Shown piece by piece: positions 26,794-35,931 of a stretch of 43,181 nt of DNA. This DNA is from an uncultured bacterium. Its GTDB lineage: Bacteria; Muiribacteriota; Ozemobacteria; Ozemobacterales; Ozemobacteraceae. The stretch lies in contig CAYRYU010000004.1 of the NCBI GenBank assembly GCA_964428355.1, positions 131,261-174,441 on the forward strand, read 5' to 3'. Position 1 is the stretch's first letter; each line of letters starts with the position of its first letter. The position numbers and the translations under genes were made by a program. Under the pieces are notes generated by a model, which was not told where the DNA came from, searched no databases, and was given only the letters and a program-made list of their open reading frames with translations.

Positions 26794-27357
26794 TCATGCC
26801 TCGTCAGGTTGGTCTGGATGCGAATGAGCAACCAGCGCCCAAATCGAACGCGCCAGTTCCTCCGGTTGATGATTTGCGTCTACAATGTGGTGGGCTGTTT
26901 CACGATATAGCGGGAGGCGGACGGAAAACAGCCGTTCCAGCTCAGCGTCGGTTGCCAGGGAGGCCAGGGGTCTCGTTGAAGGATCCCGCCGGATGCGTTC
27001 CAAGAGAATGGGGCAGGGGAGATCGAGGAAAAAACAGAGGGATCCCCTGCGAAGGATTTCCCGGTTCGGCGGTCGAATCACCACGCCCCCTCCGGTCGCA
27101 ATGACCAAAGGTTCGCTAGAAGCCAGGGCTTTCTCCAGAAGCCTTGATTCGAGGTCCCGGAAGAAGGGTTCTCCCAGGCGCGAAAAGATACCTGGGATAT
27201 CGAGCCCTGCTTCCTTCTCGATCGCGCCATCAAGATCAAGAAGGGGAATTCGCGACCTGCGGGCAACTTCGGCTCCTACAGCGGATTTCCCGCATCCCAT
27301 GAAGCCGATCAGGGAAATGCTCTGTCGGGGCTGGGGAGGGAAATGGGCCGGTTGCAC
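26794..27357 (-). CDS. aroK: shikimate kinase
   Basis: ISLIGFMGCGKSAVG Walker A, about 185 aa, typical AroK length; operon with mazG. Confidence 0.85.
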   Translation of the reverse strand: MQPAHFPPQPRQSISLIGFMGCGKSAVGAEVARRSRIPLLDLDGAIEKEAGLDIPGIFSRLGEPFFRDLESRLLEKALASSEPLVIATGGGVVIRPPNREILRRGSLCFFLDLPCPILLERIRRDPSTRPLASLATDAELERLFSVRLPLYRETAHHIVDANHQPEELARSIWALVAHSHPDQPDEA

Positions 27358-27367
27358 GCTGATTCCT

Positions 27368-27404
27368 CGAAAATAAAACGGGCGTAACCCGAGGGGTTAC
27401 GCCC
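27368..27404 (-). terminator. rho-independent terminator for upstream secreted-protein gene (between it and aroK)
   Basis: perfect 11-bp stem GGGCGTAACCC/GGGTTACGCCC with GAG loop; minus-strand reading followed by GTTTTATTTT. Confidence 0.65.
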
Positions 27405-27421
27405 GGGAGATCTCTGAAACC

Positions 27422-28000
27422 TCAGTGGATGGGGACACCTAGCGAGGGGACCTGGGGGGTGAGCATTCCACCGTTAGAAGGGGAGCCCCCGACCGGTTTC
27501 TCAACGGGAAGCATCGGAACGACAGTGGTTCCCTGGCCCGTCGTGGGGTTGAGCTGGGTGCCGCCATAACCGTAGCCGTTGTTATTGTAATTGCCGTTTC
27601 CGTATGCCCCATTGTTTCCATAGTTGGCGCCCAGGACTCCATGGATGACGCCAATCAACTGGAAAAGGCGCTGGTCGACGGCGCGGAAATCCCCCATGAC
27701 CAGGTAGAACTTGGCTTTGCTGATCCTCATCTGGATCTCCTGGACGAGAGGAACGTAAGAAGCGTCGATGATGGCTTTCTTGAGGGCGGATTGGGCATTG
27801 TTGAGATGGCCAAGGGCGGAAACATTGTCGAGTACGTTCTGGCTCAGGGAAGCCCGACACATGTGGAGGTCCTGGATCACCAGTCTCAACAGGGAGATGA
27901 TCACGACATCGTTCTGATCGACCTGGCCCTTCCATTCAAGAGCCATGATCGGAGAACAAAGGATGACGGACAACGCCGCTACCAAAAGTATGCGCTTCAT
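27422..28000 (-). CDS. secreted hypothetical protein with Gly/Asn/Tyr-rich low-complexity C-terminal region
   Basis: ATG 28000 with AGGAGG 5 nt upstream; signal peptide MKRILLVAALSVILCSPIMA; GANYGNNGAYGNGNYNNNGYGYGG. Confidence 0.7.
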   Translation of the reverse strand: MKRILLVAALSVILCSPIMALEWKGQVDQNDVVIISLLRLVIQDLHMCRASLSQNVLDNVSALGHLNNAQSALKKAIIDASYVPLVQEIQMRISKAKFYLVMGDFRAVDQRLFQLIGVIHGVLGANYGNNGAYGNGNYNNNGYGYGGTQLNPTTGQGTTVVPMLPVEKPVGGSPSNGGMLTPQVPSLGVPIH

Positions 28001-28192
28001 ACATTCCTCCTGATGCCAAACCAAAATAACTCCTCCGAACAACGGAGGCATGTAATAACTATATCATACAATCCGGGGATCCGGAAGGGTACCTCGAGGA
28101 AAGATCATTTTTCGGATGGATTTTCCAAGAAGCCTCACTTGAAAAGACCAGATCCTTGGGGTAATCTGCTGTGGAGATGTGGATTTGAATTG

Positions 28193-28741
28193 ATGGAAGA
28201 ACGAAGTGCCCCGATTCCCTCTCTCCCTGTTTCACCACGAGATGACGGGGAAGATGAGCGAACATCCGAGTCACTCTCTTTTTCCCAGAGAGGGTGGATT
28301 TCTCCACAACTCGTCGCTCTTGTTTTCCTTGGCCTTTCAATTTCGATGGTAATATCGGCATATCGATCATTGGGGCGGGAATTTTCCGGAATCATCGTCA
28401 ACAAAGCCGCGGAACCAGGGATTTCCGGCTACTTCTGGCTGACCCTGGCACCCCTCGAAACGGCAGAGGTTGCCTCCGAGCCTGTTCTTACGAAGGTTCT
28501 GAACGGGGAAATGCCTTCCAGAAGGGTGGGAGTATCGAGGATGGTCTTCAACGGAGCCCGTTTGATGCAAAGCATTTCGAAAGGGTCGTTTTCACCCTTC
28601 ATTTCGATTGATGGTGAAAGATACATCGACCTGGGAGTCCAATGGCTTCTATGGGGGATTCTGGGGATAATTGTGGCGATGATTGCTTATCGCCAGGGGT
28701 ACACGGCGCATTCTCCGGAAACCCGCCTAAATAGGCGCTGA
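28193..28741 (+). CDS. hypothetical small membrane protein (2 predicted TM helices)
   Basis: C-terminal part of ORF-track 27641..28741; N-terminal part is antisense to neighbouring gene so start placed at ATG 28193; weak RBS. Confidence 0.3.
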   Translation: MEERSAPIPSLPVSPRDDGEDERTSESLSFSQRGWISPQLVALVFLGLSISMVISAYRSLGREFSGIIVNKAAEPGISGYFWLTLAPLETAEVASEPVLTKVLNGEMPSRRVGVSRMVFNGARLMQSISKGSFSPFISIDGERYIDLGVQWLLWGILGIIVAMIAYRQGYTAHSPETRLNRR

Positions 28742-28760
28742 AAGGCCCCCGGAGAAGGAA

Positions 28761-28948
28761 AATGTGACGAAAATTTCACCCTTCGGTGCTGAAAATCAGC
28801 ACAGTTTTCAAAATGTAAACATTTTGCTCAAAAAACGCACACTTTTCCTGTATAAATCTCGCACACAATTCTTTACAAACCCTTTGAAATAGGCCATTTC
28901 GGGGGTACCGAGCGGCCAATTTCCCTCAAAAAGAGCCATTTTTGAGCA
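28761..28948. promoter_or_regulatory. cluster of four palindromes in AT-rich DNA upstream of a sigma54 promoter (candidate enhancer/UAS or IHF sites)
   Basis: GTGACGAAAATTTCAC (28765-28780, imperfect); TGCTGAAAATCAGCA (28789-28803); CAAAATGTAAACATTTTG (28812-28829, perfect 8-bp arms); CTCAAAAAGAGCCATTTTTGAG (28927-28948, perfect 8-bp arms). Confidence 0.35.
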
Positions 28949-28969
28949 ATTTTGCCCCATTTCCCGGCT

Positions 28970-28986
28970 ATGGCACGCTAGTTGCT
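28970..28986 (+). promoter_or_regulatory. sigma54 (RpoN) -24/-12 promoter
   Basis: TGGCACG-ctag-TTGCT matches consensus TGGCACG-N4-TTGCW exactly in core positions; AGGGAG RBS and ATG 29013 follow about 15 nt after predicted TSS. Confidence 0.55.
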
Positions 28987-29012
28987 GCTGTCCAGAGCAG
29001 GGAGTATGGACT

Positions 29013-29123
29013 ATGAGAAATAATACAAAAGTGCTTGCAACCTATCAGGATTACGTCCTGATCAGGATTGATCCCAAAACCAACCTCGAGGTGTGGGTAA
29101 AGCTTCCCCCAAAGGGGCGCTGA
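29013..29123 (+). CDS. 36-aa ORF downstream of sigma54 promoter (small protein or leader/sRNA; coding status uncertain)
   Basis: MRNNTKVLATYQDYVLIRIDPKTNLEVWVKLPPKGR; AGGGAG 8 nt upstream; contains direct repeat ATCAGGATT x2 and palindrome TCCTGATCAGGA; weak hairpin+T-run at about 29167-29210. Confidence 0.3.
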   Translation: MRNNTKVLATYQDYVLIRIDPKTNLEVWVKLPPKGR

Positions 29124-29491
29124 CGACCTTTCGGGCAAGTTCCCGCTTCCCAGGCTTTCAAGAAGGCCGCGAGGAATTTTTCCAAGCGGCTTTTTCCTTT
29201 GTACGCTGGACGCTTTGGAAACGGATCTTCCCTTGTTTCCAATGGCGATTTTCCGAGAAGCCTCCCAACAGACCTAGCACAGAAGCCGTGTCGCGCAAGG
29301 TATCCATGGGGACTGGAAGACTGATTGGAAGAACGAGATTCCGGGACAGTCCAGACCGAACCGCTTCGGAGTCCTGGGCTGGTTCAAGCATGACTCCGAA
29401 GCAATCCATCCGTTCGGACTAGAAAAGATTCCGGTGGACCGAACAACCTTCCGGGTTCGATTCTCCCCTTCGGGAGAACCCCCGTTGAAGA

Positions 29492-30178
29492 TCAGCGCCG
29501 CAGGTAGGCCATCGGGTTCAGGACGGTGTTCCCGCGCCTGATTTCAAAGTGCAGATGACTTCCCGTGGTTACTCCGGTGCTGCCAACGTTCCCGATGACC
29601 TGGCCGGTGACCGTGTCACCAACCCGGACATTGAGTTTCGAGCAGTGGGCATAAACCGTCGAATAACCGGAGCCATGGGCAATCTGGACCATCAGTCCAT
29701 AACCTCGCCTCCACCCGGCGTATACAACCCTTCCACCCATTGCGGGGCGGATGGCAGTTCCAGTTTTCGCCCGGATGTCGATTCCAGTATGGAAATGGAC
29801 GCCGCGCCTGCGGAAGGGGTGGACCCTTCGTCCGAACAGGGAACTGATCTCCCCGTTTACGGGAACCAGAAAGCCACGACTGGTTCTGTTCATGACAACC
29901 TCAACCTGGGGAAGGTTGATTTCCCTTCCGGGAATCACCTTTTTCCTGGGTTGGGCCGGCCGAACACGAACCTGGTAGGTCTTCACATTGCCCCTCGAGG
30001 ACGAACGGGGATCCAGGGCGTTGAAAAATGGATTGGCCTCAACTGGGACTTTCGCCCTTGGTTCCACTTTGGAATCTTTTTCGAGATCCCTGGGGTTGAA
30101 ACCCGCGTTTGCGGATCCGGGGGGGAGCAGAGAAAGGGTCAGGACACCAACGATCAGAAGAAACGATCTGAACCGCAT
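29492..30178 (-). CDS. secreted M23-family (LytM-like) metallopeptidase
   Basis: HTGIDI and HLHFE zinc-ligand motifs, signal peptide MRFRSFLLIVGVLTLSLLPPGSANA. Confidence 0.85.
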   Translation of the reverse strand: MRFRSFLLIVGVLTLSLLPPGSANAGFNPRDLEKDSKVEPRAKVPVEANPFFNALDPRSSSRGNVKTYQVRVRPAQPRKKVIPGREINLPQVEVVMNRTSRGFLVPVNGEISSLFGRRVHPFRRRGVHFHTGIDIRAKTGTAIRPAMGGRVVYAGWRRGYGLMVQIAHGSGYSTVYAHCSKLNVRVGDTVTGQVIGNVGSTGVTTGSHLHFEIRRGNTVLNPMAYLRR

Positions 30179-30552
30179 TACCTTTCCGCCGATTTGCCCG
30201 ATGGCAAGTGCCAGATCGGCGTTCCTCCTTCCTGTTGCCTACGAGGTTAGCTGACGGGTTCGGAGTTTGGAAGGCCCCCTACCCTGGAGATCCAGGGATT
30301 CACCCCAAGGACTTGGGTCCCCCGCTCTTGGTGGGCAACCAAGACTCGGCAAAAAATTTGGACAGCCATTTATAACCGAAGGATTTTCATTTGTCAACAC
30401 CTTGTTTGAGATAATACGAAAACAGACGATATTCGAAGATTTGCATCAAGAAAGAAGCGGAATTTCGCCCGAGGTACGGGCAAAATCGAATCCCCTTGGG
30501 CAAATTGCTTCGAGTTTACACGTTTCTCCAAAAGAAGTGTAAAATTGGGCCT

Positions 30553-31545
30553 ATGAAGCGGGGGTATTTTTTCCTCATCCTTTTCTTTTTCACAGTCGCC
30601 CTGATGGGTGAGAATTGTCAGGCGAATGACCCGCCCCGGGTTTTTTCCCTGCAATTCGGACAGGCCAGGGGAAATGGTCAGGTCCGTTACAAGATATCCC
30701 ATGGATCCTCTGGAGTTTCGGAAAACCCGGGTTCTGGCCCAGGCTTTTTGTGGGTCGCGCCTTCAAATCAGGAGACTCCCACCCAGGTGACTCTATTTTT
30801 TCCTGCCCTGAAACCGCCCTTCGAGAGCTCTTCGAGTTTCCTGATCACAGTGGAAACCACCTCTGAAGAAACTTTCGAAGGTTTCGATCAGCCCCGGACC
30901 GGCCCCTACTGGCTGACCTTCCGGAAGAAGGACGCGGATGGTTCGGAAGAAATGGAGAGAGCATCTCCGTTGGGAGGAACGATGCGTTTGAGCCGAATCC
31001 GGAGGTCTTTTCTTCTTGCGGGAGCTTCTTTTCAAGCCCCGGAGTTCGTTCCAAAGATCTCGATTTTCTTCCCTTCCTCCACGAGACTTTTCGGGATTGA
31101 ACTGCGCATCTGTGGCGGGTTCAGGCTGAAGCAGGAGAACGAGCGAAAGATGCTGAGATCCCTTTTCCGTCACATCCTGCGGCGCATGCCCCTTCCCTTC
31201 GAGGAAGCCCTTTTCCTGGATTGGGCTCGCGGGGAGGATTTATTGCTGAATCCCGCCGAGATAGCGCTTCACCTCGTACGGATGGAGGAGTTCCGGGGGA
31301 AGTTCTTCAGTTCGGTCGGGATCCGTCGGGGATTGGCTTCCCTGTGGTTCAGGATTTTTGGGGTCCGCATTTCCCCGGGAAGATTGGAGCATCTTTGCAG
31401 AATTGTCAGGCGGGAGGGGTTTGACCAGGGGATCGAGGAGATGTTCGAGCAAAACGTTGCCGAGCTCTGGGGAAGGTATGGATATCCGGGCTCTTCTGAA
31501 GCTCCCCTGATCGAGATCCTACCGGAGGCCGGCAATGGGAAGTGA
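30553..31545 (+). CDS. secreted hypothetical protein, co-transcribed with HAMP-PP2C sensor phosphatase
   Basis: signal peptide MKRGYFFLILFFFTVALMGENCQA; 11-nt overlap with downstream gene. Confidence 0.6.
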   Translation: MKRGYFFLILFFFTVALMGENCQANDPPRVFSLQFGQARGNGQVRYKISHGSSGVSENPGSGPGFLWVAPSNQETPTQVTLFFPALKPPFESSSSFLITVETTSEETFEGFDQPRTGPYWLTFRKKDADGSEEMERASPLGGTMRLSRIRRSFLLAGASFQAPEFVPKISIFFPSSTRLFGIELRICGGFRLKQENERKMLRSLFRHILRRMPLPFEEALFLDWARGEDLLLNPAEIALHLVRMEEFRGKFFSSVGIRRGLASLWFRIFGVRISPGRLEHLCRIVRREGFDQGIEEMFEQNVAELWGRYGYPGSSEAPLIEILPEAGNGK

Positions 31546-34405
31546 AGCACCGAGTGGCCGCAGCCCCTGGGGGAGATTTCTCTCCCTCTTCCTGTTGTTC
31601 ATCCTTTTCCCCGTTTCGCTGGGAGGTCTGCTGGTTTTCTACGCAGGCCACATCGAAGAGGAATACCGCCTTTCGAGGGAGACCGAGCGGCTGGAGATCC
31701 AACTCAGCCGTCTGGCATGCAGATACGATCCCGAGGCGTTCATCCGGAAGAAGTTCAAGTGGCTGCGGGATGCGATTTTCCGAAGATCGGTTTCCCCGGC
31801 TTCTCTCGAGGCAATTTCCCTGGAGATACGAAGGAGGTTCGGCTTTTCCTGCGAAATCTACGTCATGGATGGTCACGGAAAACTGCTGAACCCGCCCGAT
31901 TGTCATTTCCGGTCGATGAAAGCCATGGAAAGACTCTGGGGAGCAGCCATCACTCATGATCCAAAGGCGGTGGAGGAATATCGCAACGGGGGACTGAAAA
32001 TCCTCCAATCCTTTCTTGGGGATGAATTCCTTGGCAGCCGGATGCGCAAGAGCAGGGACTTCCCGATCCGGATCCGTGGCAATGGGAAGGATGGGGTCAT
32101 GTTCTGGGATCGGGACCCATACTCCCGCGGCGGGGGATTGATCATGCTCGTCCGGGAGATTCCCACCCGTCTTGGGCTTCTCAAGACCGCATTTTCCCGA
32201 AGTAGAATCGGGAAAGGAATCTCCTTTCTGGTGCAGGACCGGGGGGGAAGTATACATTCCCTGAGCGGAAAGGGGGATGAGAGGGAAAGGAACCTCCTGG
32301 TCCACCTTTTCAAGGAGGCCCGCAAGACATCGCTTGATTGGGGTGGAAAGAGGTGGGTCGCGGCCAAGCTTGGTGAGGAAACCTATTTCGCGGGGCGCGG
32401 AATGGACCTTTCCCGCATGGAAAGCAGGATGAGGGCGGTTTTCATCTTTCTGATCCTGATCGGCGTCGTCTGGACGGTGATTCTTTTCCGGTTTCTGATC
32501 CAGGGGCACGATCCTTATCTACCGATCAGGGTCAAGCTCACGGGTTTGTTTCTCTTCACTCTTCTTCTGCCGATGATGGGGGTTACCTTTCTTGCGCACA
32601 GGCTCCTGCGGGACCGCGAGGGTGTCCTGCGGAGCGGAAGCTTCCAGAGTGGAAACCAGATCCTGGGCAACATCGACTCGGGGTTCGTCGACGAAAAACA
32701 GAGGCTCGAGAAGATCTTCAAAGGCCTTCGAGACGATCCGGACCTGGTGGGCAACCTGCCCCGATTCCGGGCGAGAGTTCGCAAGCACCTCAGCAAGCTC
32801 GAGCTCAGGGTCATGTTCCTGGTGGACATGGGAGGGACGCCCGTTGTTGTGGAAGGGGACGCCCTCGAGGAGAAATCCAGATATGCGATGGAAAGCTTCT
32901 TCCGGGTTTCCATCGAAAAGAAGCTTCCCGACAGGCTTCTGCTTTTCCAAAAACTGGGAGGGAAGGGGAAACTCGCGGATGTGCTCCTGGAGGAGTTCCT
33001 CCGGGATCCGGCTTCGGGTTTTCCATATATCATGGAGCATCCAGGGACCACGCAGATGTCCAGGATCGGAAACCGTGAGGGGATTTGGTTCTGGGACGTT
33101 TTCCCCGATCCCTCCCATCCCTATGCTATGTTTTTCGTGGATTCAGACCTGGGATTCGCCATCGAAAACTTTCTCGAGCGACGGTTGAACAGGCGGGAGA
33201 GTTTCGAACAGGGGGCTTTTCGCCTGGTGGCATTCAGCCACACCCGGGAACGCTGGTTCCCTGAAGAGCTCTCATCCAATCCTTCCCTGGGGGATCTAGC
33301 GAACCGGGTGAGGATCCACAACGACGTTCTTAGGGACAGCGTCCGCATCGGGAAAGAGAACTTCCTTGTGGTCGGGATCCCGGGAAAGCATCTCCAGGGA
33401 TACTCCCTGTTCGCCCTGTTTCCGGAAAAGGTCATCCTGGAAAACCTGGCGAACCTGAAGAAATCGATCGGGATCGGGTTTTTCCTTGCTCTTGCGATGG
33501 CGGTCCTGTTGGGCCTGACTTTCAGCGAGACTTTCCTTGCGCCTGTTGCAGAGCTGACCCTGGGGGTGGAGGCGATGCACAATCACGAGACCCGTTTCCG
33601 GCTGAAGACTTTTCCCAAGGACGAACTGGGTGGCCTGGCGAAGGCTTTCAACGATATGCTGGCGAATCTGGATGAACTCCAGACTGCACGGATCATCCAG
33701 AAAGAGTTGCACCCATCGGAGGTTCTGGAGCTTGGGGAATACCGGGTTTTCGGTATTTCCCGCGCCGCAACCGACCTTGGAGGGGACTACTTCGATTACC
33801 AGGCGGTCGGAGGGAGGAACATCCTTCTCCTTTGCGGGGACGTTTCGGGTCATGGAGTGCCGGCCGCGCTGATCATGACCATGTCCAAAGCGCTTGTACA
33901 GAGGTTTTCCCTGGGCAAGGGCTCGGTTCTGGAGCTTCTGGACGACCTGAACCAGGTTTTCTTCAAGGCGGTCAAGAAGAAGCGGACCATGACCCTCGGG
34001 GCGGTCTGGATCGATACCGAGACCCATGAAGGGACATATTTCAATTGCGGTCACACTTATCCCCACCTTCTTTCGGGAGGAAAGCTCGACGAGACGGTTG
34101 CCGCCCAGGGCAGCCTCCTGGGAATCCATTCCAGGCTCAAGGTCGTCCCGAGGCCGATATCCCTGAAACCCGGACAGCGTCTTGTTTTCTACACCGACGG
34201 ACTGATCGAGTCGATCTCGGAAGACGGCGAGGATGGGTATCTGAAGTTCATCGACCATATCCAATCCCGGCCCTGGACATCGCTGAGGGAGTTCTGCCGG
34301 GACATCCTGGACAGCCACCCCTGCATCCGGAAGGGGGGAAGCCTGCCCGACGATTTCACGATCGTCATCCTCGAGCGAAAAGTCGTGGAACCAGGGGTTT
34401 CCTGA
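31535..34405 (+). CDS. multi-TM sensor protein with HAMP domain and C-terminal PP2C-type (SpoIIE/RsbU-like) Ser/Thr phosphatase domain
   Basis: GGAGG RBS; 4 TM helices; HAMP-like LGGLAKAFNDMLANLDEL; PP2C/SpoIIE motifs DLGGDYFDY, LLCGDVSGHGVPAALIMT, FYTDGLIE. Confidence 0.85.
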   Translation: MGSEAPSGRSPWGRFLSLFLLFILFPVSLGGLLVFYAGHIEEEYRLSRETERLEIQLSRLACRYDPEAFIRKKFKWLRDAIFRRSVSPASLEAISLEIRRRFGFSCEIYVMDGHGKLLNPPDCHFRSMKAMERLWGAAITHDPKAVEEYRNGGLKILQSFLGDEFLGSRMRKSRDFPIRIRGNGKDGVMFWDRDPYSRGGGLIMLVREIPTRLGLLKTAFSRSRIGKGISFLVQDRGGSIHSLSGKGDERERNLLVHLFKEARKTSLDWGGKRWVAAKLGEETYFAGRGMDLSRMESRMRAVFIFLILIGVVWTVILFRFLIQGHDPYLPIRVKLTGLFLFTLLLPMMGVTFLAHRLLRDREGVLRSGSFQSGNQILGNIDSGFVDEKQRLEKIFKGLRDDPDLVGNLPRFRARVRKHLSKLELRVMFLVDMGGTPVVVEGDALEEKSRYAMESFFRVSIEKKLPDRLLLFQKLGGKGKLADVLLEEFLRDPASGFPYIMEHPGTTQMSRIGNREGIWFWDVFPDPSHPYAMFFVDSDLGFAIENFLERRLNRRESFEQGAFRLVAFSHTRERWFPEELSSNPSLGDLANRVRIHNDVLRDSVRIGKENFLVVGIPGKHLQGYSLFALFPEKVILENLANLKKSIGIGFFLALAMAVLLGLTFSETFLAPVAELTLGVEAMHNHETRFRLKTFPKDELGGLAKAFNDMLANLDELQTARIIQKELHPSEVLELGEYRVFGISRAATDLGGDYFDYQAVGGRNILLLCGDVSGHGVPAALIMTMSKALVQRFSLGKGSVLELLDDLNQVFFKAVKKKRTMTLGAVWIDTETHEGTYFNCGHTYPHLLSGGKLDETVAAQGSLLGIHSRLKVVPRPISLKPGQRLVFYTDGLIESISEDGEDGYLKFIDHIQSRPWTSLREFCRDILDSHPCIRKGGSLPDDFTIVILERKVVEPGVS

Positions 34406-34414
34406 GCGGAACCC

Positions 34415-35134
34415 TCACATTCGCGCCAAAAGCCAGTCTGGAAGAATGCGCAACAACCAGGCTACCAGCCGCCAGCGCTTCGTAACGTAAGCGGTCTTCG
34501 CCTTTTCGCGGATGGCCTGGAATATCTGGCGGGCGGCCTTTTCCGGGGGGGCGACCCAGAACAACCCTTCACCCTTCGCCATCGCAGTGTCAACAAGGCC
34601 CGGGCGGATATCGGTCACGATCACGCCCGACCCCGATTTGATCGCCTTGAGGCGCAGTCCTTCGAGATAGTTGGCCTGGAATGCTTTCGACGCATTGTAA
34701 GCGGGGGCTATCCCGCTTCCCCTCAACGCCGCGATCGAGGAGATCCCGACCAGATGGCCTCTTCCCTGGCTCTGGAAATGCCTGAAGGCGACGTTCGCCA
34801 CGGCAATGAACCCGGAAACGTTGACCCTGGCGGTTTCCAGTTCGTTTTCGAGGGCCAGGCCGGGGTTGAGAAAACCGGTTCCGGAGCTGATAACCAGGAG
34901 GTCCAACCCTCCCATTTCCGAGATGAGCTCCTCCAGGGCGACGGTCGCCGTGGTTGGATCGGAAACGTCGATCCTCCTCATGAAGGCCGGCCCGGAAAGA
35001 TTTCGGGCTGTTTCTTCGAGAAGTGGGAGTCTTCGGGCCGCGAGGCCAACGGTCCATCCCTTTTGGGAAAAGAGGGTTGCCAGCTCCCTCCCAATTCCGG
35101 AGGATGCCCCGACGATGACCGCGCGTTTCGTCAT
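34415..35134 (-). CDS. short-chain dehydrogenase/reductase (SDR)
   Basis: VGASSGIG cofactor motif, YNASK catalytic motif; ATGA overlap with upstream methyltransferase. Confidence 0.85.
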   Translation of the reverse strand: MTKRAVIVGASSGIGRELATLFSQKGWTVGLAARRLPLLEETARNLSGPAFMRRIDVSDPTTATVALEELISEMGGLDLLVISSGTGFLNPGLALENELETARVNVSGFIAVANVAFRHFQSQGRGHLVGISSIAALRGSGIAPAYNASKAFQANYLEGLRLKAIKSGSGVIVTDIRPGLVDTAMAKGEGLFWVAPPEKAARQIFQAIREKAKTAYVTKRWRLVAWLLRILPDWLLARM

Positions 35135-35895
35135 CCCCGTTTCCCACCCTTGCGGACACAGACGAAAAGCTGTTTGGGCGAGGAGGAGGAAAAGGGGGTC
35201 TCATCGTAGTTCCCGAACTTGTGGACGATCCTGAAACCATTGTAATGCAGCAAGGCATTCATTTCTTCGGGGAAGAAGCATCTCATGTCGAGTTGCTGCA
35301 TGCGCTCTTCTTCATCGATCCTGAACAACCATTGGACCCGGTTCACCTGCGTCGCGGGGTCATAGGCGCATCGCTCCATGATGACGACCCTGCGTCCGTC
35401 TTCCAGCGTGAAGCGTGAGCTGACGACCGGGCTCTTTTCCCGCCGAAGCATCATGTGGAAATCGGGGTTGAAGATATCCAGGATGAACCGGCCTCCTGGG
35501 GCCAGGTGCCGTCGAACCCGCGAGAAGATCCTTTCCAGGTCCGAAAGCGAATAGGTGTTCTGGATGGAATTGAATGGAATGAAGATCAGGCGGAATCTGC
35601 GGTTCAACTCGAAACTCCGCATGTCGCCTTCGAGGAGTCCAAGGTCGATTCCCGCGTTTCCTGCCTTCTGCCGAGCCCGATCGAGCATGGAAGGAGTGAA
35701 ATCCAGGCCCGTGATACGGATTCCGGATTGCCGCAGGGGGATCGTCAGACGGCCCGTCCCGCAGCAGAGCTCCAGGACGTCTCCACGTGCTTCGCCGCAC
35801 CATTTCGCATAGAAGGGGAGGTCCCCAAGGAAATTGTTCACCCCGTCATATAGCAGCCCGTCATGAACGAGTTCCCCGACGCGGAGAGTATCCAT
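35131..35895 (-). CDS. class I SAM-dependent methyltransferase
   Basis: motif I VLELCCGTGRLT; GGAAGG RBS. Confidence 0.8.
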   Translation of the reverse strand: MDTLRVGELVHDGLLYDGVNNFLGDLPFYAKWCGEARGDVLELCCGTGRLTIPLRQSGIRITGLDFTPSMLDRARQKAGNAGIDLGLLEGDMRSFELNRRFRLIFIPFNSIQNTYSLSDLERIFSRVRRHLAPGGRFILDIFNPDFHMMLRREKSPVVSSRFTLEDGRRVVIMERCAYDPATQVNRVQWLFRIDEEERMQQLDMRCFFPEEMNALLHYNGFRIVHKFGNYDETPFSSSSPKQLFVCVRKGGKRG

Positions 35896-35931
35896 CGCTT
35901 TTCCTTCCCTTTCTTATCGTTCTTTGGTCGG

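Noticed and set aside
28741-29490. tRNA or tmRNA gene in the AT-rich intergenic island
   Set aside because: No cloverleaf-compatible segment with GTTCGA(T-loop)/CCA features found by eye. The region is better explained by the sigma54 promoter, palindromes and a short ORF.
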